Positions 44,842-57,309 of a DNA stretch of 64,000 nt are shown here, piece by piece. The position numbers and the translations under genes are program-made. This DNA comes from the human T2T-CHM13v2.0 reference genome, Homo sapiens, in NCBI RefSeq assembly GCF_009914755.1, contig NC_060933.1; one strand, written 5' to 3'. A model generated the notes under the pieces. That model searched no databases. It had not been told where the DNA came from and worked only from the letters and a program-made list of their open reading frames with translations. Numbering within the stretch: the stretch's first letter is position 1; each line of letters begins with the position of its first letter.

Positions 44842-46829
44842 CTGTGAAAGGCGAAATGTATCGTTGGGTTCTTTGAGGCCCTTTACAGCTCTGACATCCT
44901 ATAACATTCTGTAACCCCCACACCTTCTCCTCCTCTGTTTAAACTCTAATACAATATGTTGTTTTCTGCAATACAGCCATTATGCAACATGTGGGAACAC
45001 ATGAAAATCACTAAAAGGAAAGGAAGCAATCAGCGCCCAGCCTCAGCCACTTTTTGCATTTGGAGGCATGGCATGTGTTGCTGGATTGGATCCTCATAAA
45101 TAATTAGGCATTTAACAGATGAAGAAAGGTTCAGAGAGGTTACACAACTTGCCCAAAGTCACACAGCATGTTAAGGCACAGTTGGGTCTGTACCCACAAA
45201 TAAAGCATTATCCTCCAGATGAATCCTTAGTGGGGGACTGAGTGTGCCTCTTAGACCCTGAGACCTCCCCTCCTCAGTCCTGGTCCTTGGCTGTGGTCCC
45301 AAGACCCCGAGGAGACTGACAGCTGGACATCCCACTCTGGCCCTGATCCCAGGCTCCTTCCCCAGAAAAAGCTGAGCTGGCAGTGGGGGGGCTGGGGGGA
45401 GAATGCTGGCAAGGACCTAGGGGCTGGTGTGGGAGCGGCACTGGGCGCAGAAGGTCTCACTCGGCAATGGAGCTGGAGTTCGCCTGACATTTGGCAAGGA
45501 AGCCCAGAGCCAAGATGGAACAGCAAGCTGGGGTGCAGGAGGGAGGGAGGAGTGAGAATGTGAGACTTTGGGGGCAGGAAGCCTGGGTAGATCAGCCCTT
45601 TGCTGTTTTGTTTCAGAACTTCTCTGATATCCTCATCTACAGACAGAGGCTTCTCCTTCCCTCAGGCATGCATGTGTAAAGTAACAAGATAATGTGTTTG
45701 TACGCAGGACACACTCAGAAAATGAGGAGCTTCTGTTAGCCTCCTGGCTCCCCTGGCCAACTGCCGCACCTCTTCCCTATCACCCACCCTGACTTACCCC
45801 CCAATCCCTTGGCACAATGACAAATCTTAGGGCACCATCCTGTCAGGTTTTTCCCCTGCTTAACGACCATCCGTGGCTCCTGTCACTTTCAGGTTAAAGG
45901 CCAGACATTTTGGCCTGGAATTCAGGCTCATACCAACCTGTTCCCAAGTCAGGGGCTGCTGCACTGCATAACTCACACCGTACACTACAAAAGCCATCTC
46001 ATAAAGGGTTTCTTCCCAAATCGCATACTTTAGGGGAGCTGCAGTGGGGCGCAGGCCTTCTGGCCTGGCTCCACTTGGCTCTGCCAAAAAGCCCCCAACT
46101 CCAGGCTGCCAAGCAGAAGCAAGGCTGGTCTTCCATCCCCCAACACCCTTCACCTGCAGCTGTCTTTAAAAAAAAAAAAAAAAAAAAAGTAAGAAAAAGC
46201 CCTGATTTGTGGTGGTTACTAATTTTGATGGTGTTAAATACCCTTACTGAAATTGGCCATGCCAATTTCAAGCTATTGATATCACTGAATGCTGCACTGG
46301 GAAGAGATGGGCACAATCCACTCTCCCGAGCTGACACCAGCACACCCTGCACACCCCAAAGTAAGGATGCGCTAACACCAGTGAGAAGCTGTGTGACTCT
46401 CGTCAAGTGGCTTTACCTCTCTGAACCTCAGGCTTTCTATCTGTACAAGAGGGACAACAATAACACCCACTTCGACAACATCACGTAACTGATATAATCT
46501 AGATGATCAACAACAATGTTTTGAGCACCTACTCTGTGTAGGGCTCTGTACTAGGTAGACACTAGGGAATAACAATGGTGACAAAACAGATAAGAGCTCC
46601 TGCCCTCCCAAACCTCACTTCTTGCAGTAAAAGCCCTGGCACAGTGGCTAGAATGTCGCACTCAATAAATATTACCTATGATATTAGCTAATAATACCAA
46701 TGGTATTATTGTTGTCATTATTCCTTCCTTTCTTTGAGCCTCAGTTTCCTCATTTATTTAGAATGTGGACTGAGCAAAAGTTTCTTATGATGCCACCTCA
46801 CTCAAGCCTTAAAATGGTGGTAAAGTAGA

Positions 46830-47183
<354 letters not shown>

Positions 47184-48259
47184 TCAGAACTGAATCCAGG
47201 CTGGGGATCTAAACTCAGGTCTTCTTACTCCTGGTCTCCAGATCATTCCCACCTTCCAGGACTGAGGAAACATAAAAAGGACCAGGAATTCGACTGGGGA
47301 TGTGAATGCTTTAAAAATACTTTTCCTTCTCCACGCCCCCACGGGGGGAAACTGAAGTGTCCATGTTGTGCACCAATTTCCAAAACACCCTCTCAGTATG
47401 ACGGCCCTGTAGCTGGGACCATTCCCAGTCTCTCTGGAAACCCCTATCCTAGCGCCTCTGGCAGAGTCTGCAGGACGGTGGGAGCTGATGAAATCCCCTT
47501 GCAACAAACAGCCCCAATGACATGTTTTAAATGCAAACCGGCTGGACTTTAGGAGGCAAAGGCCCCACGTGGACATCGCCTCCCTCCTGCAGAAGAACTG
47601 TGAGACGACTGCCCCAGGAATAAACCCAGAGTCCCAAAACACCATAGGTTCCGCTCCCCTGTTTGTTAGTAAGTAAACCAGACTTAGGCCCTCTCTAACA
47701 GATGGGCAGCCATTGTTTTATTAACAAAACAGCCCCCAAATAAAACCCACCAATTCCAGAGAAGGCGCCTGGAAAAGTCGTTTGGGAAGTCCCTGTATGT
47801 ATCTAACTTTAGTCTTTCATGCTTCAGTTCCAGCCCATTTCTTCTCCTTCTGTTCTAGAGGACAGGAACAATGTCTCTTTTCACTGCAGCCTGTCTCAGC
47901 TTCTCTCTGCTCCAACATAGCCCAGGTTTGTTATCAGCAATTTTCCCTTCCGACTATCTCAGAAGCAGGTCTTTAAACATAGGTAATGATGGACTCCAAT
48001 CCGTCATTTCTTTCAACAAAAGCCCGGGAAAGGAGCTTTGGAAGTGTCGTCTAAGGTCACGCAGCAAGCAGACTCTGGTTCTGCCTGTGCCAGCCCCATC
48101 ACACTGGGGAGAGCCCAGCTCTGCGCCTCCCTGCTGTGCACCCTTGGGCCAGTCGCGCCCCCTCTCTGGACCTCATTCTCCTCCGCAGGTGTACCAAGAG
48201 GGAACTGGACTTATTTTTGCAGCCCGTTCAGTTCCTACCATTGTCAGGGCTGCCTACCC

Positions 48260-49200
48260 GACACTGGCCCTTGTTCTACCTTCCCCCCCGCGACAAAAAG
48301 AGGAAAAGAAACTTGCGTTAGGCGTCCGGGAAGCGCGCGCGGCTCCGAGGGCCGCCAGGCTGCGCGGATTGTTGCTGGGTGAACGAATCTCACACAAATC
48401 CCAGACAGAAAGCCTCACCTCCCCAGTAACCACAGCAACCCGGGCCACGCCTCCAGCCCAAACACAGCCCGAGGCCCCGCCAAGGCCCACCCCCGAGCTC
48501 CCCCGGGACCCCTCCCCTCCCTGCCACCAGCCCCAGCTGGAAAGAGAAAAAGCCAACGCCCCCATTGTGCAGAGGTGGAGACTGAGGCCGGAGGGTGGAG
48601 ACTGAGGAACCCCGCGGCCGGCACGGTTTGGACTGGGGCCCATACCGCCCGTCCAGGGCTCCCTCCCATTCCCGGAGCGGTGATGCGTCTCCTTCCCCGT
48701 GCGCGTGGGGTTTCCACGTGGAAAAGACCGAAAGCAGCGCCGTCCCAGTGGAACGGAGCCCACTGGCGCTGTCCACTCTCCCTCCCCATTCTCCCGACGG
48801 AGAAACTGAGTCCCAACGAGGGACAGGGACCACCCCGGACGCCCCGCGAGCCCCTCCCCGAGTCTCACCTGCTGGCGGCCGCCGAGCGCGGGTGGTTTCC
48901 TGGAGTTGAGCGGCAAACAAAGGCCTCCAATCCGGGCGCGGGGCGGGGCGGTGGCTCCTTTGCATAATCCCTGAGGCCCGCCCGCGACAGCAGGGGGCGG
49001 CCCGGGGGGGGCGGGGCCTCTGGGAGCGCACCAATCACCGAAAGGCCGCCGCCACGGCCCGCCCCCAGGGACTCGGACATAGGGAGCGCAAACCCTGCTG
49101 CAGGATGAAAATCTCAGACCTGGGAGGCTGTGTGTGCCTACTGCAATCAGCCCCACCGCAGACCCGGAGATCGAGGCCCGGTCTGCGGAGGGTAAGGCAT
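48260..49200. promoter_or_regulatory. CpG-island promoter (AKNA distal, probably bidirectional)
   Basis: Dense CpG. GC boxes at about 48941 and 49008, CCAAT at about 48927 and 49031, CTCF-like CAGCAGGGGGCG at 48988-48999, E-box at 48715-48720, X-box at 48426-48439. Confidence 0.85.
48869..48930 (-). other. AKNA: Candidate AKNA distal first exon in the CpG island (5' end approximate)
   Basis: Donor CAG|gtgaga at 48869, just downstream of GC boxes and CCAAT boxes. Confidence 0.55.
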
Positions 49201-49220
49201 TTATGCAAGATCGCACAGAG

Positions 49221-49529
<309 letters not shown>

Positions 49530-50905
49530 GATCGCACAGAGCCACAGTGAGGAGGAAATCACAAACTTCCATGGCTGAAACGGCCTGCTTAGTAACAGTA
49601 ATAATAAACTTTTCTTGATCACAAATTATGGGTCAGACCTGTTGGAAGCTCTTCTGCTGTTCAGTCGTCTCCTATGAGGTAGGTAGGTATTATCACCACC
49701 GCCCCCAAGTATATTCTTGTCCAACTCCCCATCAGGCAAGCATGGAAACCCAGCCCGAAGACGGACAAGAACTTTTCCAAGGTCCCGCTGTGAGTGCAGC
49801 ACAGACATCATACCTTGTCCACCACACACACACCTTGAAGGATGCACGGTGTCCAACTCACCTGGGCTCTTTGCCCCAGCTCTGCCACTTGCTGCCAGTG
49901 AGCCTCAGGCAAATGGGATTCATACCCACATCTTATGCGGTTGTTGAGAGTAAATAAATAAACATAATGGCAGGCCCGTCAGAAATAAATCAGTGGTACT
50001 AATTTAAAGAGCACCTTGACCGACCCTATTAACACAAGAGGGTTAATAAGTCCTGATGCAAGAAGAGACTTGCCCAAGGTCCCTCATCCAGCTGCATCCA
50101 AAGTTGAATGCTTTGGAATTTTTCCTCCAGGTAGAAAGCACTTGCCAGTTCCCCAGGTTGCCTGCTACTCCCTAGACACATATTTAGTAGTAAGTTTAGC
50201 AGCAGCTTCTACCCACTAAGGGCCTGCTCTGTGAAAGGGGCAAACATTTTAGCTAATCCTTCTGGGCTCTGGCCCTGGAATGTCAGTGTAGGAAGGGCCC
50301 AAGGTGTTTTTCCACACAGGTCATGGAAGTGAAGTGTTTTTCTGGGTTTGAGCAGCATGGCGGTCCTGACTCTTGAACAGAATGGGGAAACTGAGGCTTG
50401 GTGCATTGTGTAACCTGCCCAGCATTCTCCAGCAAGGGAGAAGCAGACCCTGAGACTCCATTCCCCCCAACCCCCACTTTGGCATCATGAGTAAAAATGT
50501 CAGGGTCACAGGTACATGTGGCCAGGATGGACCTCTGACAACCCTCCCCCCACTCTCCCAGTACTTGAAGCTGCCTTAGCCTACCACACTGGGCCCTTCA
50601 AAAGACACCAGGACAGGTGCAGGAAAGAGCAGACCCAGGCTTAAGGCAGCTGTGGGTCCAAACTTGTCCTCCTTAGCTGTGTGACTTTGGACAACTAACT
50701 GGACCTTTCTAAGACCACTTGCAAAGGAATGTTTTTAGGTTAAAAGTTCTACTGGGAGGGGAACCCATACACTCAATGGGCTACAGCCTCAGAGTCAGGC
50801 CCAGGAATTCCAGAAGCAACAAGTCCAGAAACTCATTCCTGTCCTACTCCTTCCAAGTACAGACATGGGGCTGTGACTAACAGCTGCTGGGGGTGGCAGC
50901 TCCAT

Positions 50906-51348
50906 TGTTAGTTTCCTATGGCTACTGTAACAAATTAAAACGGCACAAATACCTTCTCTTACAGAGGGCAGAAGTCTGAAATGAGTCTCTGGGCTTCAGG
51001 TCCAGGTGACAGTAGGGCAGCTTTCTTCTGGAGGCTCTTGAGGGGAGAACCCACTGCCTTGCCTTTCTCTGCTTCTAGTGGCTGTCTACATTCCTCAGCT
51101 CGTGGTCCCTTCCTTCATCGTCACAGCACATCACTGCAGCAACCTGTTTCCATCATCACACACCTTGTCTTCTTCTGTTAACATCTGTCTCTGCTTCCCA
51201 TTTATAAGAGCCTGGTGATTATACTGGGTCCACCCCATGTCAAGACTTTAATCATGTCCGCAAAATCCCATTTGCCATATAAAGTAACATTCCAAAGTTC
51301 CAGGGATTTGAATCTGGGTATCTTTGGGAGCCATTATTTAGCCTACCA
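50906..51348 (-). mobile_element. MLT1 (MaLR) LTR
   Basis: ttagtttcctatggctactgtaacaaatta...tctggaggctc...gccatataaagtaacatt...gccattatttagcctacca. Confidence 0.75.
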
Positions 51349-52499
51349 AACCCATTTTATAGATGGGGAACTAGAGGCTCAGAGAGGTAAAATTACTTGC
51401 CCATGACCACACAAGCTTTGGAGTTGAATGCCAGGAGATCTGAGGCCTAATGAAGCCCTCCTGCTGCTAGGTGGGAGGGTCATTCCCTGCAGAGGGTCAA
51501 CAGCACCCTGTCAGGGGATGGCAGGGGTGCCTTCTGAAACACCAGCTGCCTCAGGGGAATCCATGGCTCAGGTCTCAGGTGGTCTGCCCAGGCTGGAAAG
51601 AGAACAAGGACAGCCAAGAACAGGATCTGGGACAAGAGCATGGAACCAACTGTCCCTAACCCACCTCTGGCAGAACTCTGGACACAGAACTGGACAAAGC
51701 AGGATTTCTCAAACTCTTCCATCTTCCAGACAAATATTGAGGACAGAAGGAATAAGCACTGGGGCCGGGACTGAGGCCGTACAGTAGACCATGTTTGCAA
51801 CCTTTTCCTCCGAGCCCATCCCATATGTTTTGCTCTGACACCCGCTGTCCTAGGCTACTGGAACAGCTTGACCCACATAGGTAGAGAGCAGGAAGTGATT
51901 GGGAATTTATGGCCTCTCTCTGTAGGCTTTGTCTAAAGACTGACAGGCATCAAAGTCCAGCCCTCTGGCCTTGAGTGGAGACAACTCTAGGCCTAGTGTA
52001 CGCCCTGGGATCCTCCTGGGATCAGGCTGAAGCTGCCTTCTGCAGACTTTGCCTGAAATCTCACCTTCGCTTGGCTTCCTCCCCTTCCCTGTCCTGCTTC
52101 CCCACTTCCTTGCTGGTCTGCCCTGAGGGCACTTCTTGACGATTAATTGGGTACAAATCCTTATCTCCAAGGCAGCTTCTGGAAAGGAATGGGCTGCATC
52201 TGAGATTTAAAACATTCATGCACATTGTGCATTCTGCCTCATAATATACTTGTGGGTTTTAATCTAAAAATATTATCTGTAAATAGTCAAGTTTTGCCTT
52301 CAAGCCTTCAATTAAGAGGCTCCAAGATGTGAGTGTGGCTCAAGCACCCCTGCACGCCCCACCGTGTATCCCAATTGGAGCCATGCGGGTAGTCGGGGTG
52401 GTGGTCTGTGGTGCTCTGACTGCCCCCACCTGTCCTGCCCACCCCTCCCCACATGGAAACCCCACCCACCCAGGTAAACCACACAGCACGCTGACGTCT

Positions 52500-53172
52500 A
52501 ACCTTGTTCAGATTTCTTTATTGAAAAATTAAAGTCATAAGCTCTGTATATAAATACAATGACACTGCTGGTCACCTGCAAGGCCTCTGGGATAGGCTGG
52601 GGGTGCAGAGGGAAGCTGGGGCCTTGGGGTCCCCAGGGGCATGGGGAGGGAAATAAATAATAAACACCATGGGGGATAAGGAGCCAGGAGGAATGGGGGT
52701 GTGAATGGGGAGGTGCTCGATGCTTATTTGTGGCACTAAAGGTCTTGCAAGATGCCCCCTGACTGGGGGCCGTGTCCATGAATTCTCGAGTGACCTCACT
52801 TTGGACAAAGGCTCAGGCATCTGGGGATGGGCTGGGTCCTAGCTGGAGGGGGGACAGCAGTGCCCCCAACCCAACCTGGAGAAACCAGCACTCTGCCCTT
52901 CCTTTTCCTTTCTTCCTGTCTTGCAACCCACTTGTCCTGGGCGCCTACTGTGTACCCAGTACAGCACCAGTTCCTGACCTGACCTTCTGTCTGCCTTGTC
53001 CTGCTCTCTTCCTCTCCCAGTTCTGGTCCAGTGGGCTGGGATGGAGGGGGGATGTCTTCCTGCCACCCTGGCCATGCAGCCCCAACCCCGCAAGGAGCTT
53101 GATGAAGCCAACGGTGGAAAGGGACTGGGACCAGGGGCTGGGCAGTGGTGGGAGGCCCTCAGGCCTTGGCCT
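52500..53172 (-). other. WHRN: WHRN 3' UTR (about 670 nt)
   Basis: Lies between the stop codon and the poly(A) signal; cleavage site estimated. Confidence 0.8.
52517..52522 (-). terminator. WHRN polyadenylation signal AATAAA
   Basis: tttatt on the + strand; UGUA upstream and GU-rich tract (gtgctgtgtggttt) downstream on the - strand. Confidence 0.85.
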
Positions 53173-53355
53173 CTAGAGCATCACATTGAACTCAGTGACC
53201 AGAAAGTCAATGTAGTCACGGTCCTTAGTCTTGAAGGCCTCGGCGATAATGCGGGCGGCCTCCCGGTGCTCCTTGCCCCGAAGCGTCAGCCCATTCACTT
53301 CCAGAATCACGTGGCCCACCTTGAGCTGCCCACAGTTGTGAGCTGAGCCGCCTCT
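53173..53355 (-). CDS. WHRN: WHRN exon 12 coding part (C-terminal half of PDZ3, stop)
   Basis: ccctgcag|AGAGGC...NVML TAG. Confidence 0.96.
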   Translation of the reverse strand, partial: RGGSAHNCGQLKVGHVILEVNGLTLRGKEHREAARIIAEAFKTKDRDYIDFLVTEFNVML

Positions 53356-53635
53356 CTGCAGGGAGGAGACACAGGGCATGGGGTGCCCAAGGGTTAGACA
53401 GGCCTGGCTTTGACCACCAACTGGGTCAGTCCCAACACTGCCAAGCAGGCAGCTACAATCTGAGTGTCCACTTCTCGGATTAGGAAAGCTGAGGCCCGGA
53501 AGAGCAAAGGTGACATAAGCCTAGGTCTGCCCTTGAGTGCCGTGTTACCCATGGGAGTCGCAAAACCCTGGAGATGCTGAGAAAGGGCCTTTCAGGGGTA
53601 GGGAGAGATGGCAAGTGGGGCCCCTGGGGACATAC

Positions 53636-53758
53636 CTGAATAGTGACAATCCTAGGCAGGGGCTGGCGGGTGTTGGCGCCACCCTCGATGGCGATGCCCA
53701 GGGTGGCCGCACTTTTCTTCACACGGACCAGAGTGGACGTGGGCTCCAGAAGTCCAGG
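53636..53758 (-). CDS. WHRN: WHRN exon 11 (123 nt, N-terminal half of PDZ3)
   Basis: cccacag|CCTGGA...ATTCAG|gtatgt; PGLLEPTSTLVRVKKSAATLGIAIEGGANTRQPLPRIVTIQ. Confidence 0.96.
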
Positions 53759-54314
53759 CTGTGGGTATTAGGAAGGACACCACTGAGGCCTTCGCAGTTG
53801 GCAGGCCTGGCCAGGGGGCTGGGCCGGGCCGTGACACCACCCTGGGTCAGCAGAGCTCAGGCTCCAGCCCTGTGTCGGGAGCCTCAGGTGTGCAACGCAC
53901 TAAGCCAAGCACTTGTGTTCTTGGCTCTTTAATCCTCACCAAAATCCCCGAGGCTCAGGAGGTTAAGGAGCTTGCCTAAGGCTGTCTGGTGGTGGCATCA
54001 GGACTTGAATCGAAGCCTGACTCCGAAGACTGTCTCAGCCACCTGGCCATGTCAAAACTGAGAGGAGCTTAAAGATTCCCAAGACCAATCTCAGCCTCAG
54101 CCCCTAGTGTCAGTGCAAAGGCAGAGCTGAAACTGGGCCTCCAGATTCCTAATCCAGTGCTCCTCCAGGACGCCCAAATCCCTCCAGTTATAGGGAGCTC
54201 ACTACCTCCCTTTGTGGTCACTTGCCAAGCTGAGCCCTGGTCCCGGGACCTCCCATTCTGTGCCTGGGGCCCGTGTTCCTCTCAGCCCTCTGCATCCTCC
54301 TCCTCCTGGCTCAC

Positions 54315-54496
54315 CGGTTTGTTGGCCCCATCTGTGGGCCTCTCTTTCCGAGGCAGCTCCTTGCTACTCCTGCTCTTGGTGGACGCCGACTGCCTTCCTC
54401 GGCCTGGGGCGCTGGCCTCTGCCTCGCCAGCATCCACACCACTGTCCTCGCTTAGAGTCTGCCCGCTGTCCGAGAGCTGGGAGAGCGTAGAGGCTG
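54315..54496 (-). CDS. WHRN: WHRN exon 10 (182 nt; NAGNAG acceptor)
   Basis: ctctccag|CAGCCTCT...AAACCG|gtgagc; (T)ASTLSQLSDSG...DGANKP. Confidence 0.95.
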
Positions 54497-55473
54497 CTGG
54501 AGAGGGGAAAAGGAAGAGAGAAGCAGCTTATATAGCTGGGGTCAGGGAGGGCTGCCTGGAGGCAGTGACGGAGATGGAGGCTGGAAGGCTGGGGGAATTC
54601 CCCAGGCAAAGATGGGGGAAGGAATGAAGAGATCGTGGGGCCAGAGGGCAGGTCCACTCCCTGCCACCCTCTCCACCTACTCAAGGCCTGTCCTTTCAAC
54701 CAGACCTGGTCTTGAAGGCTGTGACTTCCAGGACATCTGCCTGGATCTCCCAGTTCCCAGCCACTGGCATAATGATAAAACAGAGGTCAGGAGGCAAACC
54801 TAGCCCACAGATGTGGGTGTTTTCTTTGTTTTAAAACTCACATAATGCTACCAATTTTTAATGATGAACCAACACATTCAAATTAGAAGATTTCATATAA
54901 GTAATTTCTAGTTTCCCAAGAATAAAAGAGAAATTCCACCACACCTAGCCTGAACCCCTGCATGGCCCCTGCCTGAGCCGAGTGGTGGGCACATGCCCTC
55001 CAGCCACCAGTCAACTTCACTATGTGTGTAACAGCCTGGCCCCTGAGTTTGAGACCCTAACTTAAGAACACACACTCTGGAGTCTGGCAGGTCAGGTTTG
55101 AATTCCCACTGACCAGCTGTGCAAGCCTGGGCAAGTAACAGAGCCTCTCTAAGCCTCCTATGTTCTCCTTCTAATACAGAAATGATGGTGCCTAACCACT
55201 GGGGTGATTGTAAAAACTCACAGATCTGATGTATAGAATGGAGCAGTCCAGGGAATAGACTTGTGCTAGACTGCCTGGCTCCAGGGTGTGGGTTCTTAAC
55301 CTAGGGTTTCAAACTCAGGGGCCCGGCTGTCATACACATAGTGAAGCAGCGTGGGTTGACTGGTGGGCTGGAGGGCATGTGCCCACCACTCAGCTCACGC
55401 AGGGGCCATGCAGAGGTTCAGACCAGGTGTGGTGGAATTTCTCTTTTTCTCTTGGTAAGCTAGAAATTACTAC

Positions 55474-55792
55474 TTTCTCTCTCTCTCTCTCTTTTTTTTT
55501 TTTTTTTTTGAGACAGATTCTCACTCTGTCATCTAGGCTGGAGTGCAGTGGTGCAATCTTGGCTCACTGCAACCTCTGCCTTCTGGGTTCAAGTGGTCCT
55601 CCCACCTCAGCCTTCTGAGTAGCTGGGACTACAGGTGCCCACCACACCTGGCTAATTATCGTATCTTTAGTAGAAATGGGGCTTTCAGCAAGTTGCCCAG
55701 GCTCCTGAGGTCGAAATCCTGACCTCAAATGACCTGCCCGTCTCCGCCTCCCAAAGTGCTTGGATTACAGGCATGAGCCACTGCACCTAGCC
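55474..55792 (-). mobile_element. Alu (AluJ-like)
   Basis: Reverse Alu; perfect TSD agaaattactacttt. Confidence 0.9.
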
Positions 55793-56771
55793 AGAAATTA
55801 CTACTTTGTATGTCTCAGTTTGTTCATTTGTAAAATGGAGATAATAATAGTACCAACCTCATAGGGCTACTGGGAGGATTAAATGAGTTAATACTATAGG
55901 CAAGGCCCTTTGAACACTGGCACAAAGTGCTTATTGTTAGTACGGCTGTTAGCTCTTATTATCCCTGCATGTCCAGCTCAGTGCCAGCTCTAGAGACAGC
56001 AGTGATCCATCTGTGACAGCCCTGGGTCTTCTCACCACGTCTGCCTGCTCTCCCTCAGCTGCCTCCCCTCACTAGGCTGCCAGCGCCAGAGCCCTGCATT
56101 TTGCATCTTGGTCTGTGCAGGCGCTCAGGGAATGTCCTACGGGGCCTATGTATCACTGTAGCCGCAAGATGGCAGCAGAATCCAACAAAATGCTCCCAAC
56201 TCACTCACAGGCGGGAGCTCCACAGCTTTCAGGGTGGGGAGGCAGGCTCTGCCCTTCCCTCTACCCCACAGCCCATGTCCTCTAGCAAACCGGGGCACAG
56301 CGTCAGCTGGCCTCCCCAAGATTCTTCCTGCACCCTGACCCTAGACCTGCCAGGGGTCCAGAGACTGCCACTTCAGTTTCCAGCATCTACTCCAGGCCAG
56401 GCCATGGGGGACAGGAAGGGAAGCCACCCCTGCCCTCCACGAGTTCAGTCCTCCTGGTGAACACAGGGTGGCCAGGGTAGGGGGAGCTGGAGAAGGCACC
56501 CCGACGCTCGCAGCAACCTGGCAGGACTGTCACTGTTATCTCCATTTTATGATGGGGAAAGCAAGGTGTAGACGGCAGCTTGTCCACAGTCACACAGCCA
56601 GTCAGTGGCAGAGCCGGGATTCAAACTGGGGTCTCCAACTCCCTTCGCCACTCTGGCCCTGAGCCCCCTCAACAAGTAGCTGGTCCCACCCTTCACTGTG
56701 TCATCAGGTAGACTGACCTGAAGAGGACAGGGACCCCCAAGGACCACAGAGCCTGGCCTTGCTGTACTCAC

Positions 56772-57309
56772 TGCGCGTCTGGGGCAGCGCCCTCACTTCA
56801 TTGACGTCTGGCTCGCTGTCGGGGCGGTGGACCTCCACCATGACAAAGTGCTGGTTTGTGCCTGTCTGGTCTGGGTGGCCAGAGGGTGATGGGGGCAGAA
56901 GGCAGCCCCCAGCCACTGTGGCCTCTGCAGAGGGGCTTTTCAGGTGCGGGGGTGACTGGACCCGTGGGAAGGGGCCGATGGGGTGTTGGTTGACCAGGGC
57001 CAGATGGGCGTCCAGCGGCCTCTTGGAGCTGGGGTTGGCAGGGGAGACGGAGGCATAGATGGGGGAAGAGGGCAAGTCCTGTGCAGAGGAGGTCCCTGGG
57101 GTGGGTGCGGTGCCCGCTGGCGGGCTGCGGTTCTGTGGAGCCGAGAAGACAGTGCCCGAGCAGGAAGGCGTGGAGGAAGGTGGCTGGAGGTCCTCTCTCC
57201 CCAGCTTCCTTGGCTGGCCTAGTGGGAGGTCGTTGCCTTGGGCCAGAGGTGGTGGGCGAGGCAGTGGCTTGAAGCTTGACAGCCCCTGGGAGGTGGATCT
57301 GACATCATC
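56772..57309 (-). CDS. WHRN: WHRN exon 9 (538 nt, proline-rich region)
   Basis: ttttggcag|GATGAT...CGCA|gtgagt; DDVRSTSQG...ALPQTR. Confidence 0.96.

Noticed and set aside
51850-52190. Possible LTR16-like relic just downstream of WHRN
   Set aside because: Similarity too weak to call without a search
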